Shown here: positions 61,616-62,456 of the stretch, in pieces
How the letters are laid out: every line of letters starts with the position of its first letter
Position numbering within the stretch: the first letter of the stretch is position 1
From: Agathobacter rectalis
GTDB taxonomy: Bacteria > Actinomycetota > Coriobacteriia > Coriobacteriales > QAMH01
NCBI GenBank assembly: GCA_963590525.1
Contig: CAVAPV010000002.1
Span: 15,181 to 77,636, forward strand
Direction of reading: 5' to 3'
DNA length: 62,456 nucleotides
Program-made: the position numbers and the translations under genes
The notes under the pieces: generated by a model
The model's database searches: none
What the model saw: only the letters and a program-made list of their open reading frames with translations
What the model was told of the DNA's origin: nothing

Positions 61616-62456
61616 ATGGCAAAGACCGACCTCATCTTGGGCACCGCAGGCCACATCGACCACGGCAAGTCGTCCCTGGTCAAGGCCCTCACCGGAACAG
61701 ACCCAGACCGCTTGGCAGAAGAAAAGGAGCGCGGCATCACCATCGCCTTGGGCTTTGCCCAGCTCACCTTGCCCAGCGGGCGCAAAGTGGGCGTGGTAGA
61801 CGTCCCCGGACACGAGCGCTTTGTGAGGCAGATGGTATCCGGTGCCACGGGAATCGACGTCGCCTTGCTCGTCATCGCAGCAGACGACGGCGTCATGCCC
61901 CAAACGGTTGAGCACATCGCCGTGCTGGAGCTTTTGGGCGTGCAAAACGTCGTCGTAGCCTTGACCAAGGTCGATATGGTCGATGAGGACTGGGCGCAGT
62001 TTGTAGCCGAGGAAGTCTCTACCGCGCTTGAGAAGACCTCGTTTGCAGGCGCGCCTGTCGTATGCTGCTCAAGTATCACCGGCCAAGGGCTTGACGAGCT
62101 CAAGCAAGTCTTAGACGACACCTTGTCGCATTCCGAGCGTACCAAGCCCCAAGGCAAGGTGCGTTACCCCATAGACCGCGTGTTCACCGTCAAGGGCTTT
62201 GGCACCGTGGTCACCGGCACCTTGTGGTCGGGCACGGTGCACGTGGGAGACGAGCTTGAGATCTTGCCCCAGCAAAAACGCAGCAAGGTCAGGTCTATCC
62301 AGGTGCACGGCAAAGACACCTCATCTGCATGCGCGGGAAACCGCGTGGCTATCTGCCTTGCAGACCTCTCCTGCGACGAAGTCAGACCCGGGGATTTTGC
62401 TGCGGCCCCCGGATGCGTCGAGGCAACAGATCGCTTTGACGCCGAGCTCTTCTTGA
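61616..62456 (+). CDS. selB: Selenocysteine-specific elongation factor SelB (5' part; runs off the window)
   Basis: Not in the ORF track because it has no stop in the window. ATG at 61616, MAKTDLILGTAGHIDHGKSSLVKALTG, DVPGHERFV, LTKVD, domain II IDRVFTVKGFGTVVTGT. Confidence 0.9.
   Translation, partial: MAKTDLILGTAGHIDHGKSSLVKALTGTDPDRLAEEKERGITIALGFAQLTLPSGRKVGVVDVPGHERFVRQMVSGATGIDVALLVIAADDGVMPQTVEHIAVLELLGVQNVVVALTKVDMVDEDWAQFVAEEVSTALEKTSFAGAPVVCCSSITGQGLDELKQVLDDTLSHSERTKPQGKVRYPIDRVFTVKGFGTVVTGTLWSGTVHVGDELEILPQQKRSKVRSIQVHGKDTSSACAGNRVAICLADLSCDEVRPGDFAAAPGCVEATDRFDAELFL

Overview
GC-rich (by eye about 60%) chromosomal core segment with Gram-positive, Coriobacteriia-like gene order (yloU-yloV-degV-recG; rpsP-KH-rimM-trmD-lepB; split glyQ/glyS). 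I call about 55 protein genes, and all but two are on the minus strand. Most are housekeeping: seven aminoacyl-tRNA synthetase genes (glyQ, glyS, proS, aspS, hisS, gltX, ileS), ribosomal proteins S16, L28 and S2, EF-Ts, RecG, DprA/ComM/YraN, TrmD/TrmFO/RluD/RsmD/CCA enzyme, LepB/LspA, a split pyruvate carboxylase, and PPDK with its regulator. There is also a thiamine cluster (thiD-thiC, thiE-thiM fusion, YkoF-like binder, TPK) behind a TPP riboswitch. Four Lys-rich secreted or cell-wall proteins are interspersed among these genes. A selenium-utilisation cluster lies at the right end: DUF3343, YedF, a class-V desulfurase, a DAACS transporter, and divergent selB running off the window. Two signals are not explained by the ORF track. 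(1) A 103-codon gene immediately after rluD has an in-frame TGA inside a C-x-x-U motif, a textbook SECIS hairpin 10 nt downstream, and a thioredoxin-like layout, so it looks like a selenoprotein missed by stop-to-stop ORF calling. (2) A small, very basic ArfA/BrfA-like ORF after hisS has a canonical intrinsic terminator inside its reading frame before any stop codon, which is the non-stop-mRNA architecture of alternative ribosome-rescue factors. Lesser observations are a frameshifted surface-protein gene, a 45-bp tandem operator-like repeat, REP-like palindromic elements splitting the thi cluster, a metallophosphatase with a degenerate GNH motif, and long antisense shadow ORFs, which I reject. 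No rRNA, tRNA, CRISPR array or transposase was seen.
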